A stretch of 64,000 bases of DNA from an uncultured Arcanobacterium sp. (GTDB taxonomy: Bacteria; Actinomycetota; Actinomycetes; Actinomycetales; Actinomycetaceae): NCBI GenBank assembly GCA_958428545.1, contig CAUAGM010000001.1, forward strand, positions 158,428 to 222,427. The letters run 5' to 3'. This document shows positions 40,544 through 50,482 of this stretch, one piece after another. Each line of letters opens with the position of its first letter. Within the stretch, counting starts at the first letter, position 1. The notes under the pieces were generated by a model that was given only the letters and a program-made list of their open reading frames with translations, did not search any database and was not told the DNA's origin. Made by a program: the position numbers and the translations under genes.

Positions 40544-41281
40544 ATGGTTCATGCGCAACGTCTAGAGCTACGCGCTATTGCTGGGCGTATCACGCTCGGA
40601 GTTTCTGGCTCGCTCCTATTAGCCTTTGGTGCCTACGCCAATATCGGTATTGGGCTGATTATGCTTGCAGTGCTGGGAGTTGTGTTTCTCGTGGGTTGGC
40701 CCTTGCTGCTTGCTGTGCCTCATCCTAATCTTTCTCGCGTGACGATGGCTGTTGTTTTTCTCGTCGCACTCAGCATCGGAAGCTGGGGTTCGTCTACAAT
40801 GATGAGTTTTGTGGCGGCGCTGAGCGTGGCTGTGAGTTTTGGGATTGAAATGCTTCGTTCTGATGGTCGCCAGCGCATGATTGACCAAGCTGCGGCTACG
40901 TGTGTAGGCGCGCTTTTGCTCGCAATGCTCGTGATGTGGAGTTTTGCGTGGAGAGCCAATCTTGGGCATCTGCTCGCTGTACTTTTTGCTGTTGTTATTT
41001 GCGTGGTTGTGATTATTGGATCACTTGGAACACCTTCGTCGCGTGTTGTGGCTTTAATTAATGCGGTGATTGTTGGCGTGCTGATGGCGTGGCTTTTAGA
41101 TCTTCCTCTTTGGGCGGGAGTCAGCGTTGGCGTGTGTGTGGTTCTTTGCTATGCGGCAACTGGCCGTGCCGTCAGCGAAATTCCGCATCCGTTGCCAGCT
41201 ACTCTTGGTGCATCGCGAGCTATGATCCCATTGTGTGTGCTTGGAATGGTGGCATACGTGCTGGGCTTTGCCGTCGTATAA
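40544..41281 (+). CDS. hypothetical integral membrane protein (about 7 TM helices)
   Basis: 245-aa ORF that is strongly hydrophobic with coding-like periodicity. No recognisable family. Confidence 0.5.
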   Translation: MVHAQRLELRAIAGRITLGVSGSLLLAFGAYANIGIGLIMLAVLGVVFLVGWPLLLAVPHPNLSRVTMAVVFLVALSIGSWGSSTMMSFVAALSVAVSFGIEMLRSDGRQRMIDQAAATCVGALLLAMLVMWSFAWRANLGHLLAVLFAVVICVVVIIGSLGTPSSRVVALINAVIVGVLMAWLLDLPLWAGVSVGVCVVLCYAATGRAVSEIPHPLPATLGASRAMIPLCVLGMVAYVLGFAVV

Positions 41282-41336
41282 TCCCCATGCTCTGCCTATC
41301 TCGCATTTACTCCTTACTCTCGCGTATTCTAGACGC

Positions 41337-41939
41337 ATGACGATGCGACTTCCTGAGAATCTTCCTCCCGAAAACTATCCGCTTGCGTGGCTTCTTGATA
41401 CTTGGCGTGGCGGTGGCGTGCTTGAATATGAAAATGTGCCAGCGGCTGCTTATCTTCACGAGCTTCGCATAGACAATAATGACGGCGGTCCGTATGTGCG
41501 TTTTGTTTCTACGATTTGGCTTGCTAAGGAGCCAGCGGGAGCAGTCGATAAGGAGCATTCTGGCGAAGTCACGTGGAATGCGCTCACAAAAGGGCAGTTG
41601 TGGAGCACACTGACGGGATATGTGCGAGTTAATCCTGAAATAGAAAAGCAAGAGGATGGCTCAGTTGCGTTGGAGGCGATGACTGCGGCGCCTTCAGGGG
41701 TTTCGCAAGTGTGGGTTGGTATCGTGCGCGGTCCTCAGCTGCAGATGGTGACGGACGTCGTGGCACGTTCTGCTGCAGGAGCAGATGTTGAAGCAGCAAA
41801 GGTGATGGCTGGAAACGTCAATTCAGATCTCTTTTACGCCTACGATATGGAAGCATTCGGCTCGCCAATGCGTTCCTACATGGCAGGGCGGCTCTCACGG
41901 ATGATGGATGCTTCTGTAGATCCGATTGTGGAGGCGTGA
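41337..41939 (+). CDS. nitrobindin-like / DUF1794 (FABP-fold) heme-binding family protein
   Basis: LAWLLDTWRGGGVLEYENVPA...YVRFVSTIWL resembles the actinobacterial THAP4/nitrobindin family. The start was chosen at the ATG at 41337, after the upstream gene's stop. Confidence 0.55.
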   Translation: MTMRLPENLPPENYPLAWLLDTWRGGGVLEYENVPAAAYLHELRIDNNDGGPYVRFVSTIWLAKEPAGAVDKEHSGEVTWNALTKGQLWSTLTGYVRVNPEIEKQEDGSVALEAMTAAPSGVSQVWVGIVRGPQLQMVTDVVARSAAGADVEAAKVMAGNVNSDLFYAYDMEAFGSPMRSYMAGRLSRMMDASVDPIVEA

Positions 41940-42004
41940 TCCGCAGGCGCAGACATATATCTGCTAAGAGCACACGCATATCTGCCGAGAATTGAGGAGA
42001 AACG

Positions 42005-43417
42005 ATGGCACATAATTTCGGCAATTATCTTGCTCAGCAGCGAGAATTAGTTGATGGGCGCGCATGGGTGCAACTTCCGATGGAAGCCGTCACTGTTTCT
42101 GGAGTCGATCGTTTTTCTTGGCTCAACAATATTACGACTGCTCCCATGCTGGCACTCCAGCACAATAATGTGAATTATGCAAAGCCCAGCTCCATGCGGG
42201 GAGCCTCTGAAAGCAAGCAGGCCATTCATCATGGGATGCGGCAGGCAGGGATTGAAACATTGATTCTTGACGCTGCAGGGCACATTATGTTTGCGTGCGC
42301 TGCGGCAGACGATGGCGAACGGACGTGGCTGCTTGTAGATGCTGGCGTATCAGCACCTCTTAGCGAGTTTTTACGCAGTATGCAGTTTATGGCTCGTGTT
42401 GAAGTTGAGGTGACGCCGATAGCTGCAGTTGGTGTGATGCTGCCGAGCGTTGAGCTTGCGAGAGAGCTGACGTCTCAGGTGGCTGTGGTGTGGGAAGATC
42501 CCTGGTCCCAAGTTTCTGAGGGGGGAGCGCACTATGGTGTGCCCGATGCTGATCATCCAGCCGCATTGCATAGCCGTACGCTCCTTATTTGCGAGCTGCC
42601 GAAGGGTGATGAACGCGTTGAGCTTTCCGAGCTGTTAGATTCTAAAGCGGAAAAGTCTAGTGCGTATGCAGATATGTATGCAGGCAGCGGGAAATATACA
42701 AAAGCTAGTATGTGCGGCGGGCAACCTGATAGAAAAGCAGAGCAGGCAGAAGATGCGGTAGATGCTTTTGCTTATGTGGTGAATGCGGCTAGCGAATCAC
42801 ATGATGTGCACGATGTGCCGCTTTTTATGCGTGAAGCACTTGAGAAAGCTGGATATAGCGAAGCTAGCCATCATGCATGGGAGGCTTTGCGCATTGCTGA
42901 TTGGAGGCCTCGCTCTCAAACTGAGGTGAGCGATGATCGTGTGATGCCGCATGAACTGGATTGGCTTCGCACGGCAGTATGGCTCAATAAGGGCTGTTTT
43001 CCTGGGCAAGAGACAGTGGCAAAAATCGTTAATATGGGCAGACCTCCGCGTCGTTTGGTTTTTCTTTATGTGGAAGGGGCAGAGGGAGAGTTACCTGTGG
43101 CGGGTACGCAGCTTACTATCGCTCGCAGCAACTGTGATGGCACTGCCGAAAACGTATCTTCATCGGTAGTTGGAGTAGTGACGAGTATTGGGCGGCACTA
43201 TGAGCTGGGTCCTATTGCGCTCGCGCTCATCAAACGTACAGTTCCTGCTGATGTGATCTTGGAATTTGCTGATAGCAGCGGATTTATTGCCACACAGGAA
43301 ATAATTGTTTCTCCGCATGGGCGCTCTTCAGTGTCTCCTCGAGAAATTCCAGGAGAGAAGCTGCGTAAAGCGCGTGCTGCTCTTAGCTCAGAGGAAAAAC
43401 CGCAGCGGCGCAGATAA
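42005..43417 (+). CDS. ygfZ: YgfZ/CAF17-family folate-binding Fe-S cluster repair protein (GcvT-like fold) with large internal insertion
   Basis: C-terminal signature WLNKGCFPGQETVAKIVNMGRPPRRLV (K-G-C-[YF]-x-G-Q-E). Confidence 0.65.
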   Translation: MAHNFGNYLAQQRELVDGRAWVQLPMEAVTVSGVDRFSWLNNITTAPMLALQHNNVNYAKPSSMRGASESKQAIHHGMRQAGIETLILDAAGHIMFACAAADDGERTWLLVDAGVSAPLSEFLRSMQFMARVEVEVTPIAAVGVMLPSVELARELTSQVAVVWEDPWSQVSEGGAHYGVPDADHPAALHSRTLLICELPKGDERVELSELLDSKAEKSSAYADMYAGSGKYTKASMCGGQPDRKAEQAEDAVDAFAYVVNAASESHDVHDVPLFMREALEKAGYSEASHHAWEALRIADWRPRSQTEVSDDRVMPHELDWLRTAVWLNKGCFPGQETVAKIVNMGRPPRRLVFLYVEGAEGELPVAGTQLTIARSNCDGTAENVSSSVVGVVTSIGRHYELGPIALALIKRTVPADVILEFADSSGFIATQEIIVSPHGRSSVSPREIPGEKLRKARAALSSEEKPQRRR

Positions 43418-43498
43418 TGAACTAGTTCTTAGCTGCCTGCTAGAGAGATTGGGCATAAAAAGCCGTTCTAGATAACAAAAGAGAATGGGAGAAATCGT

Positions 43499-43984
43499 AT
43501 GCGCGCAGTTATTCAGAGGGTGAAGCGGGCTAAAGTGACGGTGATGGACGATCCAAGCGGAGTGCCCGTCGTCACTGGAGAAATTGGCGCTGGATTATGC
43601 GTCTTGCTCGGCGTCACGCACGAAGATGGGCAAGCTCAGGTAGAAAAAATTGCGCGCAAAATAGCTCAGTTGAAACTTTTACGAGGCTTGGCAACTTCTG
43701 AGGAACCAGAGGGCACAGACGATCCGTCCCAACGCCAAGGAGCGCAAGAAAGTGGAGCGCAAGTTTTGCTCGTCTCGCAGTTCACTCTTTATGCAGATGT
43801 ACGCAAAGGCAAGAAACCAGGCTGGAGCCATGCGGCGCCTGGGCAGGTAGCTGAGCCAATTTTTAATGCCGTTGTTGAAGCTGTGCGTGCCTACGGAATT
43901 GAGGTTCAGACGGGTCGTTTCGGAGCTATGATGGACGTAGAATTACTCAACGATGGGCCTTTTACGATTATTGCAGAGGCTTAG
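43499..43984 (+). CDS. dtd: D-aminoacyl-tRNA deacylase
   Basis: MRAVIQRV N-terminus, SQFTLYAD and NDGPFT motifs. Short acidic insertion present. Confidence 0.85.
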   Translation: MRAVIQRVKRAKVTVMDDPSGVPVVTGEIGAGLCVLLGVTHEDGQAQVEKIARKIAQLKLLRGLATSEEPEGTDDPSQRQGAQESGAQVLLVSQFTLYADVRKGKKPGWSHAAPGQVAEPIFNAVVEAVRAYGIEVQTGRFGAMMDVELLNDGPFTIIAEA

Positions 43985-44018
43985 CAGAAGCCAGCGGACG
44001 CCTAGAAGAAGCTGAGTG

Positions 44019-44039
44019 GAGTGCGCCGAGGGCGAAACG
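44019..44039 (+). promoter_or_regulatory. ClgR-like operator candidate upstream of clpC
   Basis: aGTGCGCcgaggGCGaaac fits the WNNWCGCYNANRGCGWWS consensus with one mismatch. Confidence 0.3.
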
Positions 44040-44125
44040 AGGAAAGTATTATGCCCTTGTGTGGTTAAGGTAGATGCATACAGTATTCAGATGTGTAAAC
44101 ACGCATTGCATCTAGGAGATCAACA

Positions 44126-46660
44126 TTGTTTGAACGTTTTACAGATCGAGCACGCCGAGTTATTGTGCTGGCTCAAGAAGAAGCTCGCAGCTTGAAGCAT
44201 AACTATCTCGGCACTGAGCATATCCTTCTTGGTCTCATTAAAGAGGGAGAAGGTGTGGCTGCAAAAGCGCTGGAAGCTCTCAATATTTCTTTTGACGCCG
44301 TGCGCGAGCAGGTTGTGGAGATTATTGGCGAGGGGCAGGAGCACCCGAGTGGGCATATTCCTTTCACTCCGCGTGCTAAGAAAGTGCTCGAATATGCCAT
44401 GCGTGAGGGCTTGCAGCTTGGGCATAGCTATATCGGCACAGAGCATCTGCTTCTTGGATTGTGCCGCGAGCAAGATGGTGTTGCGGCGCAAGTGCTTGTC
44501 AAGCTCGGCTCTGATCTTCCTACTGTGCGCCAGCAGGTGACGCATTTGCTTTCTGGTTTTCCAGGTGGAAAAGAAGCTGTGGGCGTGGGTGCAGGCAATC
44601 AGCGCGAAGGTGGTTTGCGTGCAGGGAGTTCTGTGCTCGATCAGTTTGGGCGTAACCTCACAGCTCTTGCACGTGAAGGCAAGCTCGATCCTGTGATTGG
44701 GCGTCACAATGAGACGCAGCGCGTGATGCAGGTGCTTAGCCGCCGCACGAAAAACAATCCGGCTCTGATTGGTGAGCCTGGGGTTGGGAAAACGGCAGTT
44801 GTGGAAGGGCTTGCCCAGGCGATTGCGGCTCATGATGTGCCTGAGACTCTCAAAGAAAAGCAGCTCTATTCGCTCGATATGGGTTCTTTAGTAGCAGGAT
44901 CGCGCTACCGTGGCGATTTCGAAGAGCGTATGAAGAAAATTTTGAAGGAAATCACGAGCCGCGGAGATATTATCCTCTTCATCGATGAGATTCATACGCT
45001 TGTAGGAGCTGGCGCAGCTGAGGGCGCGCTTGATGCTGCGAGTTTGCTCAAACCGATGATGGCTCGTGGGGAACTGCAGATTATTGGTGCTACCACGCTT
45101 GATGAGTACCGCAAATACATTGAGAAAGATGCTGCACTTGAACGGCGTTTCCAGCCAATTCAGGTGGAGCAGCCAAGTGTGAAAGAGACGATTGCAATTC
45201 TTGAGGGTCTGCGCGATCGTTACGAGGCGTTCCATCATGTGACGATCACCAACGAAGCTCTCGAAGCTGCCGCTAATCTTGCGGATCGTTATATCAATGA
45301 TCGTTTCCTACCGGATAAAGCTATTGATTTGATTGATGAAGCTGGTGCTCGGCTCGCGATTCAGAAGATGACGGCACCGCCAGAGTTGAGTGAGCTTGAT
45401 AAGAAAATTGCGCTCGTGCGCGGCGATAAAGAGGCTGCGATTGACGGGCAGGATTTTGAAAAAGCGGCGGCTCTGCGAGATAAAGAGCAGCAGCTTTCCG
45501 AAGAACGGGCTGAAAAAGAGCGCGCATGGAAAGCTGGAGAGCTGAGCGTCGAAGCTGTAGTTGATGAAGATTTGATTGCGCAAGTGCTGTCGATGAGCAC
45601 AGGTATTCCAGTGTTTAAGCTTACCGAGGCTGAGAGTGCCAAACTTTTGCGTATGGAAGACGAGCTTCATAAGCGTGTGATTGGGCAGGTTGAAGCAGTG
45701 AAGGCTGTGGCTCAAGCTATTCGTCGTTCGCGTGCAGGATTGAAAGATCCAAACCGTCCAGGAGGTTCTTTTATCTTCGCAGGTCCGACTGGTGTGGGTA
45801 AAACAGAGCTTGCTAAGGCTGTGGCTGAATTCTTATTTGGTGACGAAGATGCTTTGATTACGCTTGATATGAGCGAGTATCAGGAGAAGCATACTGTCTC
45901 GCGTCTTTTCGGTGCCCCTCCAGGGTATGTGGGATATGACGAGGGAGGGCAGCTCACAGAGAAAGTTCGCCGTAAGCCATTCTCGGTGGTGCTTTTCGAT
46001 GAGATTGAGAAGGCTCATGCTGATCTGTTTAATTCCCTGCTTCAGATTCTGGAAGAAGGGCGGCTCACAGATTCCCAAGGGCGTATTGTTGATTTTAAGA
46101 ATACGATCATTATTATGACGACTAACCTTGGCACAAAGGATATTGCTAAGGGCGTGCAGACTGGTTTCCAGTTTGATCAAGATGAAATGGCGAGCTATGA
46201 GCGCATGAAGATTCGGGTGAATGAAGAGTTGAAGAATCACTTCCGCCCTGAGTTCTTGAACCGTATAGACGAAATGATTGTGTTCCCGCAGCTTAATCGC
46301 GATGAGATTTTGCGTATTGTAGATTTGATGGTGAGTAAGCTCGACCGTCGTTTGCAGGAAAAGGGTATGAGCCTTGCTTTGAGTGATAAAGCAAAGCAGC
46401 TTCTCGCAGATCGTGGATTTGATCCAGTGCTTGGGGCACGCCCGCTGCGCCGCGCAATTCAGCGCGATATCGAAGATGTGCTTTCGGAGAAGCTCCTCTT
46501 TGGCGAGTTCTGTGAGGGGCAGACGATTGTGGTAGATGTTGATGAGGATAATATTCCGATGAGTTTCACATTTACTGGGCATGATTCGGATTATCAGCTG
46601 CCTGAAGGTATTTCGCATGCTGATAGCATCGATGAGATTGTCGGCTTGCAAGAAAACTAG
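44126..46660 (+). CDS. clpC: ATP-dependent Clp protease ATP-binding subunit ClpC
   Basis: [22 protein letters not shown]-terminus, duplicated Clp_N repeats, two AAA+ modules, UVR-like linker. Confidence 0.93.
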   Translation: MFERFTDRARRVIVLAQEEARSLKHNYLGTEHILLGLIKEGEGVAAKALEALNISFDAVREQVVEIIGEGQEHPSGHIPFTPRAKKVLEYAMREGLQLGHSYIGTEHLLLGLCREQDGVAAQVLVKLGSDLPTVRQQVTHLLSGFPGGKEAVGVGAGNQREGGLRAGSSVLDQFGRNLTALAREGKLDPVIGRHNETQRVMQVLSRRTKNNPALIGEPGVGKTAVVEGLAQAIAAHDVPETLKEKQLYSLDMGSLVAGSRYRGDFEERMKKILKEITSRGDIILFIDEIHTLVGAGAAEGALDAASLLKPMMARGELQIIGATTLDEYRKYIEKDAALERRFQPIQVEQPSVKETIAILEGLRDRYEAFHHVTITNEALEAAANLADRYINDRFLPDKAIDLIDEAGARLAIQKMTAPPELSELDKKIALVRGDKEAAIDGQDFEKAAALRDKEQQLSEERAEKERAWKAGELSVEAVVDEDLIAQVLSMSTGIPVFKLTEAESAKLLRMEDELHKRVIGQVEAVKAVAQAIRRSRAGLKDPNRPGGSFIFAGPTGVGKTELAKAVAEFLFGDEDALITLDMSEYQEKHTVSRLFGAPPGYVGYDEGGQLTEKVRRKPFSVVLFDEIEKAHADLFNSLLQILEEGRLTDSQGRIVDFKNTIIIMTTNLGTKDIAKGVQTGFQFDQDEMASYERMKIRVNEELKNHFRPEFLNRIDEMIVFPQLNRDEILRIVDLMVSKLDRRLQEKGMSLALSDKAKQLLADRGFDPVLGARPLRRAIQRDIEDVLSEKLLFGEFCEGQTIVVDVDEDNIPMSFTFTGHDSDYQLPEGISHADSIDEIVGLQEN

Positions 46661-46703
46661 ACTAGATGTTTGCACACATGTAGTGATGGTTTTATGCAAT
46701 CTT

Positions 46704-46742
46704 GTGTGGAGCTGCTCTTTGAGTGGCTCCACACGTTTTTCA
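46704..46742 (+). terminator. rho-independent terminator of clpC
   Basis: gtgtggagc (46704-46712) pairs with gctccacac (46726-46734), followed by gttttt. Confidence 0.6.
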
Positions 46743-46815
46743 TATCTTTTCTTCATGTTTTCAATACAAAAGTATTGATTTTATATACAATTGTATGCGA
46801 ACTTAAGGAGAAGCG

Positions 46816-47103
46816 ATGGCAAAAGAAGCTTTAATGCAGTTGCGAATGGATAGTATTGTGAAACAACGTGCAGAAGAAACGTATCGTGCAACTGGTACTT
46901 CTTTTGCTGAAGCAATCCGTATTTTTGCTGTGCAGAGTATCGAAGTTGGTGGTTTCCCTTTTCAGCCTATGATGCGTGGTTCTTCAAAGGCAGGTATGAA
47001 GGGTCGGCTTGCACAATATGCTCAGGCTGATTTAGCTGAGCGAGAAAAAAGAGCTTTTGCCCGTGCATCTGCTAAGAAGCATCAATCGCGGGAAATTAAC
47101 TGA
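46816..47103 (+). CDS. type II antitoxin, RelB/DinJ family
   Basis: 95 aa. N-terminal ribbon-helix-helix-like region resembles DinJ (QLRMDSIVKQRAEETYRATGTSFAEAIRIF). The stop lies 1 nt before the toxin start. Confidence 0.6.
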   Translation: MAKEALMQLRMDSIVKQRAEETYRATGTSFAEAIRIFAVQSIEVGGFPFQPMMRGSSKAGMKGRLAQYAQADLAEREKRAFARASAKKHQSREIN

Positions 47104-47104
47104 A

Positions 47105-47464
47105 ATGCGTTGGCTAATTGATGCAAATGTGATTTTGCGGTATCTGATAGCGGATAATAAAACTCAAGCCGATCGGGCAGAACTCACAATTCGTGAAGGT
47201 GCCTATACAGTTCCAGAAGTGATTGCAGAAGTAGTCTACGTGCTTAATGGCGTTTATAACCTGGAACGTAAGGAAATTTGCCATGTTCTTTCTGATTTAC
47301 TTGAAGAAATAGATATGGCTGAACGAATAATTGTGCTTGAAGCGTTGAAACTTTATTCAAATAAACATATTGATTTTGTAGATGCGATGCTTGTGGCGCG
47401 CGCACATCTGTTAAATGAACACGTATTCACATTTGATAAAAAGATGCGTGATCTTTTGTATTAG
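47105..47464 (+). CDS. PIN-domain ribonuclease toxin (VapC-like)
   Basis: MRWLIDANVIL (first acidic residue), EVI.EV, IDFVDAML..ARAH. Tightly coupled to the upstream antitoxin. Confidence 0.7.
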   Translation: MRWLIDANVILRYLIADNKTQADRAELTIREGAYTVPEVIAEVVYVLNGVYNLERKEICHVLSDLLEEIDMAERIIVLEALKLYSNKHIDFVDAMLVARAHLLNEHVFTFDKKMRDLLY

Positions 47465-47670
47465 CCGATATGTAAATATTTCGACAGGAATGCTGATAAC
47501 GCTGATTGATACACGTGCTTTACCTGTTCATAGAATAAACAAAAATTTGTATGTAGCGTTTGTATGTTAGAGTTTTGGTAATTGGTTCCATGCGTAGTTG
47601 CTTTGAAACAATTCGCGCATAAGACGATCAAAGAGAATAAAGAGAATAAAGCAGAAAGGAGGCAGCTGCG

Positions 47671-47748
47671 ATGAGGAAGAGTTCGTATTACTTCTACTTT
47701 TATTATTTTTCTGCAGGCTGCTCGATTTCTGCAGTATCCACGGCGTAG
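47671..47748 (+). CDS. aromatic amino-acid leader peptide MRKSSYYFYFYYFSAGCSISAVSTA (8 consecutive Tyr/Phe codons)
   Basis: SD sequence aaaggagg 8 nt upstream of the ATG. 25 codons with YYFYFYYF. Lies about 190 bp upstream of the DAHP synthase gene. Confidence 0.6.
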   Translation: MRKSSYYFYFYYFSAGCSISAVSTA

Positions 47749-47774
47749 AAAACGCCTCGGATTAGAGAGAAACT

Positions 47775-47836
47775 AGGCAGCCTGCTTTCAATGTGCATAT
47801 CTGAGCACACAAGGAAGCAGGTTTTTCTTTTCTCTT
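47775..47836 (+). terminator. attenuator terminator candidate downstream of the leader peptide
   Basis: cctgctt/aagcagg outer stem plus tgtgc/gcaca inner stem, followed by tttttcttttctctt. Alternative pairing of gcaggctgc (47712-47720, inside the leader ORF) with gcagcctgc (47778-47786). Confidence 0.45.
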
Positions 47837-47937
47837 ATATCCTCACTAGCACAATTAAATCAGAATGAAGCCTTCACACATATCTCGTGAAGAAGTAAGA
47901 GAAATGATAATAAAAGATAAGGATAAGGAGAAAACAC

Positions 47938-48966
47938 ATGGCAATGGATTTCCACAGAAAGCTTCCGATTCCCAAGGAAGTGAAAGCTCTCTTTCCTGTC
48001 ACAGAGCATATGGCTGAGGTTAAAGCACGGCGTGATACAAATATTAAAGCTGTATTCGAAGGAAGATCTGATAAATTTCTGCTTATTATCGGCCCTTGCT
48101 CGGCTGATCGTAGCGAGCCTGTGCTCGAGTATCTATCGCGGCTTCGTCGAGTTGAAGAAGAAGTAGCAGATAAAATCATCATTATTCCTCGTATTTACAC
48201 AAATAAGCCTAGAACAACGGGTCTGGGCTATAAAGGAATGCTTCACCAGCCAGACCCTGAATCGCAGCCAGATATGTATAAAGGGGTTGTGGCTATCCGT
48301 GAGCTGTATCTTTCAGCTCTTCGAGATTACGACTTTTCATGTGCAGATGAAATGCTTTATCCAGATAACTATCGTTATCTTTCTGATTTGCTTGCTTATG
48401 TGGCGGTAGGGGCACGATCTGTTGAAAATCAGCAGCATCGTCTCACATCAAGCGGTATTGAGGTACCTGTGGGTATGAAGAATCCTACGAGTGGAGACCT
48501 CAACGTGATGATGAATTCTCTTGTGGCAGCGCATTCTGGCCATACATTTATTTATCGTGGCTGGGAAGTGACGAGTTCAGGTAATCCTTATGCTCATGCT
48601 ATTTTGCGTGGTTACAACGATTTTTCTGGTAGAAACGTTTCTAACTATCATTACGAGGATTTGCTTCGAATGCAAGATCTTTATGTGCAGTCAGATCTTG
48701 CTTATCCCTCTGTGATTGTTGATACAAACCATAATAATTCGGGTAAGCAGTATCTTGAGCAGATCAGAATCGCAAAAGATATTATGCATAGCCGCAGTAA
48801 GAATCCAGATATTAAACGTCTCGTGAAGGGCTTAATGATTGAGAGCTATCTTGAAGATGGAGCGCAGAGTGCCCAGGAGCGCATATTCGGCAAATCAATC
48901 ACGGATCCATGCCTTGGTTGGGAAAAAACTGAGCGTTTAATTTTTGAGCTGGCTGAAAAACTCTAA
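47938..48966 (+). CDS. aroG: 3-deoxy-7-phosphoheptulonate (DAHP) synthase, class I
   Basis: 342 aa. LIIGPCSADRSEPVLEY, KPRT and IVDTNHNNSGK motifs typical of AroF/G/H. Confidence 0.9.
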   Translation: MAMDFHRKLPIPKEVKALFPVTEHMAEVKARRDTNIKAVFEGRSDKFLLIIGPCSADRSEPVLEYLSRLRRVEEEVADKIIIIPRIYTNKPRTTGLGYKGMLHQPDPESQPDMYKGVVAIRELYLSALRDYDFSCADEMLYPDNYRYLSDLLAYVAVGARSVENQQHRLTSSGIEVPVGMKNPTSGDLNVMMNSLVAAHSGHTFIYRGWEVTSSGNPYAHAILRGYNDFSGRNVSNYHYEDLLRMQDLYVQSDLAYPSVIVDTNHNNSGKQYLEQIRIAKDIMHSRSKNPDIKRLVKGLMIESYLEDGAQSAQERIFGKSITDPCLGWEKTERLIFELAEKL

Positions 48967-49039
48967 GAGGGATTCTGGGCAAGCGATGGGCAATAATCAA
49001 GGCAAAATTTAGGCGTAGGTTGAAAGGAACGGAGGCGAG

Positions 49040-50125
49040 ATGAGCACGCTTGAAGAAGCTAGGGAAATTATCAATGCTGTTGATGCACACATGGCAGAGC
49101 TTTTTGTGCGTAGAATGAGGGCGGCTGAGAGTATATGTTCCTACAAAAAAGAGCACGGTCTGCCAATTCTAGATTCTCAGCGAGAAGAAGAAGTGATTGA
49201 TGCGAATGCTGAGCTGATTGAGGACGATACTCTCAGGGGCTACTACGTGAGTTATCTCAAACACCTCATGGCAACGTCACGAGCATATCAATATCGCCTA
49301 CAAAACGGGCTGAAAGTGGCATATAGTGGAGTTGAGGGAGCTTTTGCTCATATTGCTGCAGGAAAAATTTTCCCTCAAAGTGCCCGTATGCCATACAGAG
49401 ATTTTCAGACGGCGTATGATTCTGTCGTCACCGGCGAAAGCGATGTGGCTGTGCTGCCGATTGAAAACAGCTACGCGGGCGAGGTTGGGAAAACTATTGA
49501 TTGCATCTTCGAGGGTGGGCTTTTTATTAACGGAATTTACGAGCTGAAGGTGCGCCAGCATCTTTTAGGAGTACCTGGGGCAACGCTTGCGGATATTAAG
49601 ACGGTGACGAGCCATCCGCAGGCACTTGCTCAGTGCCGTGGATATATCGAGATGAGAGAATTTGAGACGGAAGAAGCATCCAATACTGCTGGGGCAGCGA
49701 AAATAGTTGCTCAGAGAAATGAGCTCTCTCTCGCAGCGATCGCAAGCGCTGAAACGGCTGAGATTTATGAGCTTGATGTGCTCGATATGGATATTAATAA
49801 GAGTGGTGAAAATACCACGCGTTTTGCTGTGCTCTCGCGTATTCAGGCAAGCGCGCCAGCAATGAGTAGTTCCGTTCTCATGTTTACTGTGAAGCACGAA
49901 GTGGGTTCACTTGCCCATGCAATCACTATTATCAGCACGCACGGATATAACATGACGGCACTTCGCAGCAGACCATTGAAGAAGGGTTCGTGGCAATACT
50001 ATTTCTATATCGAGATTGATGGCAGAATCGATACTGATAATGGCGAGCGGATGATTGCGGAGCTGAAAAAAGTCTGCGATAAGTTCAAAGTTGCTGGCTC
50101 TTTCACTCCTCACTTCGAGATATAG
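49040..50125 (+). CDS. pheA: bifunctional chorismate mutase / prephenate dehydratase
   Basis: N-terminal AroQ-class chorismate mutase helix (REIINAVDAHMAELFVRRM), PDT domain and C-terminal ACT domain. Confidence 0.88.
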   Translation: MSTLEEAREIINAVDAHMAELFVRRMRAAESICSYKKEHGLPILDSQREEEVIDANAELIEDDTLRGYYVSYLKHLMATSRAYQYRLQNGLKVAYSGVEGAFAHIAAGKIFPQSARMPYRDFQTAYDSVVTGESDVAVLPIENSYAGEVGKTIDCIFEGGLFINGIYELKVRQHLLGVPGATLADIKTVTSHPQALAQCRGYIEMREFETEEASNTAGAAKIVAQRNELSLAAIASAETAEIYELDVLDMDINKSGENTTRFAVLSRIQASAPAMSSSVLMFTVKHEVGSLAHAITIISTHGYNMTALRSRPLKKGSWQYYFYIEIDGRIDTDNGERMIAELKKVCDKFKVAGSFTPHFEI

Positions 50126-50482
50126 GAAAGTGCATACTTGCTAGGAGCGCATATTCACTACGAGTATATACGTGGCAGGAAAGCGCAGCGAGTATACAGG
50201 AAGCAGAGCAAAAACGCAGGAAAGCGCAGTGAGCGCAGCAGGATTAGTGCAGATGGAACGGTATACACGCAAGGAGAAACAACTCAGGGAGCACGAGGAA
50301 GCAACCTAAAACGTATAGAAACGGTACAGACGCAGAGAAACAAAACTAAAAATCAGACCGTATCTGATTAGATTGCATCGTCTAATCGAATTACATCTGG
50401 ATCGGATCAGATTGAATCTATATCACGTACGGATCGAATGCAGCAAAATATATGAATCTGATGGGATTGCAGAGAGGTAAAC

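Noticed and set aside
50138-50371. 77-aa ORF in the pheA-aroB spacer
   Set aside because: Highly purine-rich low-complexity translation (K/R/Q/T runs) with no ribosome-binding site. More likely non-coding repeat DNA.
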